Positions 63,501-64,000 of a DNA stretch of 64,000 bases are shown here, one piece after another. The notes beneath the pieces were generated by a model, which ran no database searches, was not told the origin of the DNA, and saw nothing but the letters and a program-made list of their open reading frames with translations. This stretch comes from Patescibacteria group bacterium. Its GTDB lineage: Bacteria > Patescibacteriota > Saccharimonadia > Saccharimonadales > CAYUUR01. How positions within the stretch are numbered: the first letter of the stretch is position 1; every line of letters starts with the position of its first letter. The stretch covers positions 3,502 to 67,501 of the forward strand of contig JBPOIH010000008.1 in NCBI GenBank assembly GCA_052034685.1, in the 5' to 3' direction. The position numbers were made by a program, and so were the translations under genes.

Positions 63501-63751
63501 CCGAAATAAAGCCATCGCTGCAGCCATTGCATGTAACGCCGCCACCTCCTAAGCCGCATATTCCAGTTAAAACAGGTCATGAAGGTGAGATAAAGTTGCG
63601 TCGGAGCCCTACGCCAGTTGTACACGAAGAAAGCAACGACACTATATATATTGATCAAGAAGGCATGCTTCATCCCAAACAAGAAGCCGATACATCGGCA
63701 ACGCCAAAAACGGATACTCCACCGACTTCATCAGACTCGAGCGTGAAGTAA
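60569..63751 (+). CDS. VirD4/TraG/TraD-like coupling-protein-family ATPase with a long Pro-rich tail
   Basis: N-terminal TM helix, Walker A GQTGTGKST (about 61823-61849), Walker B-like LYVDEFQNF, RKYRLNLTVANQ. The last 250 aa or so are Pro/Ala/Gln-rich and low-complexity. Confidence 0.7.
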   Translation: MGVFLIILCVLLLLAAGVGFAIYLHSRKVLREQKNYERGLKMVPLLIHLPPISEDTQVGGRDAREVNDENVSKAQVVYNIISSTVQKGFKTKFYGQRHFAFEIIGSRGFVQFYAAVPIVLVDVVKQAVVSAYPTARLEEVAEHNIFSPVGKISGTVGGELTLKEPYAYPIATFRDLKRDALQSILNALSTLDKEDGAGIQILMRPANNDWRKTAQAVASKKRKGDKSKKGTAQVGEWGKQLATALVKPPEDKSGGGSDKPDLSSHEQSVVDAIDDKTNHPGYEVLIRVVASSNVVQRSQTILSNIVASFSLFDAPGRNGFKFTPSKDIDSFVTAYILRFFPQECNQNILNSVELATIFHFPDQKNIPTSQLERQSSKQADGPRSMSETGTFLGYNVFRGVKKPIRLADEDRRRHMYLVGQTGTGKSTMMENLALQDMLNGKGFAYIDPHGDGAERLLSMVPKERTEDVIYFCPSDMDYPLGLNLFEFDNPDQKDFLIQEAINILYKLYDPNRQGMMGPRFEHIFRNCALLLMADPAGGTFVDIPKLLVDPAFMKAKLKHVTDQNVLDFWTKEWPNSQRSNESGEVTSWVASKFGAFLSNEMMRNIIGQTESAFQIRQIMDEGKILLVNLSKGKTGELNSKLLGMIFVMKFQAAAMSRSDIPEDDRKDFSLYVDEFQNFSTDSFATILSEARKYRLNLTVANQFTTQLTEEIRDAVFGNIGSIIAFRVGTNDAEFLAKQFAPVFDVDDLQRVPNHNAIVRMLIGGVPTQSFSMSTVPLLGEPNTQLGQALKQLSAAKHGRPRAKVSGEIMERLRSQPAPLAPAGARPGARPGMPAAGQYPPAGYPAGRAVPPRPAAGSSFLDDWLAKRGTKPIAPPPTTGFPPARQVPPQPAPAFGQRPVASPVPAGVPSAVQHAPAPMPPAYPQPLHHSQMPPAPAATAHHTYLNTPPVAAPTPATQPQQPLQPPSHVDTPPAQAEPAEIKPSLQPLHVTPPPPKPHIPVKTGHEGEIKLRRSPTPVVHEESNDTIYIDQEGMLHPKQEADTSATPKTDTPPTSSDSSVK

Positions 63752-63753
63752 GG

Positions 63754-63999
63754 TTACTTCTTGCGAAGGCTTTTTACGAGTAGCTCAATCGTCATCCCAA
63801 GGAAAAAGCCACCAACGAATAGTGCAATGAACAAGAAATAATTGTACGAATAGCCGTAATGACGGGCGATCCATAAATATGCAGTGCTACCGACGAATGC
63901 AACTAGGCCGCCACCGAAAAGTCCTGATGGACGGGCAATGGTTTTCTCGGCAGCACGACTGACAGCGTCTACAACGGGTTGATGGGTGACTTTGCTCAA
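63754..63999 (-). CDS. Small membrane protein (possibly truncated by the window edge)
   Basis: Two TM helices. The ORF is open to the window edge, so the true start may lie beyond 64000. Confidence 0.4.
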   Translation of the reverse strand: MSKVTHQPVVDAVSRAAEKTIARPSGLFGGGLVAFVGSTAYLWIARHYGYSYNYFLFIALFVGGFFLGMTIELLVKSLRKK

Positions 64000-64000
64000 C

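Noticed and set aside
63269-63682. 137-aa minus-strand ORF, and other antisense ORFs inside large genes (for example 624-1085, 20406-20951, 3679-2927)
   Set aside because: They are antisense shadows of strongly supported genes. The one at 63269 mirrors a Pro-rich low-complexity tail and yields a Trp/Arg-rich artefact.

Overview
The window is a gene-dense, about 49% GC bacterial segment with short intergenic regions. It uses the standard code, with TGA as a stop. From content I infer a Patescibacteria/CPR genome, probably Saccharibacteria-like; no database search was possible.

Contents, in order:
- 13-14844: a secretin-less type IV pilus locus (pilMNO, pilB, pilT, pilC, two tandem major pilins, pilD, four minor-pilin-like genes).
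- 14848-18224: xer-family recombinase, ndk, tRNA-Arg, a parvulin.
- 18277-28665: a surface-appendage-like cluster ending in a 2096-aa LamG-containing giant protein.
- 30247-33194: a tRNA-Asp-anchored islet.
- 33286-40922: glycan genes (GH15, GT4, processive GT2), plus tRNA-Thr and tRNA-Gly.
- Housekeeping genes: tgt, coaB, thrS, miaA, rpmB, queA, RNase H, rnpB, infC-rpmI-rplT and comM, with tRNA-Val and tRNA-Pro interspersed.
- 60569-63751: a VirD4/TraG-like ATPase.

Most interesting observations:
1. Three single-gene, promoter-bearing cassettes (one encodes Fic) lie downstream of tRNA-Asp. They are delimited by repeated copies of the tRNA 3' end and by mosaic GC-rich hairpin modules. One module recurs inverted next to tRNA-Val.
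2. A fimbria-like cluster has subunit candidates and a membrane-anchored chaperone-like protein, but no usher.
3. A T-box-like leader precedes thrS, with a UGGA bulge that matches the tRNA-Thr discriminator.
4. A 129-nt four-way-junction RNA candidate has its own -10 box and lies next to tRNA-Pro and a truncated tRNA-Pro copy.
5. Extended -10 boxes (TGC-TAnnnT) sit 6-9 nt upstream of many start codons, implying widespread leaderless mRNAs.

All functional calls rest on motifs I recognised by eye.
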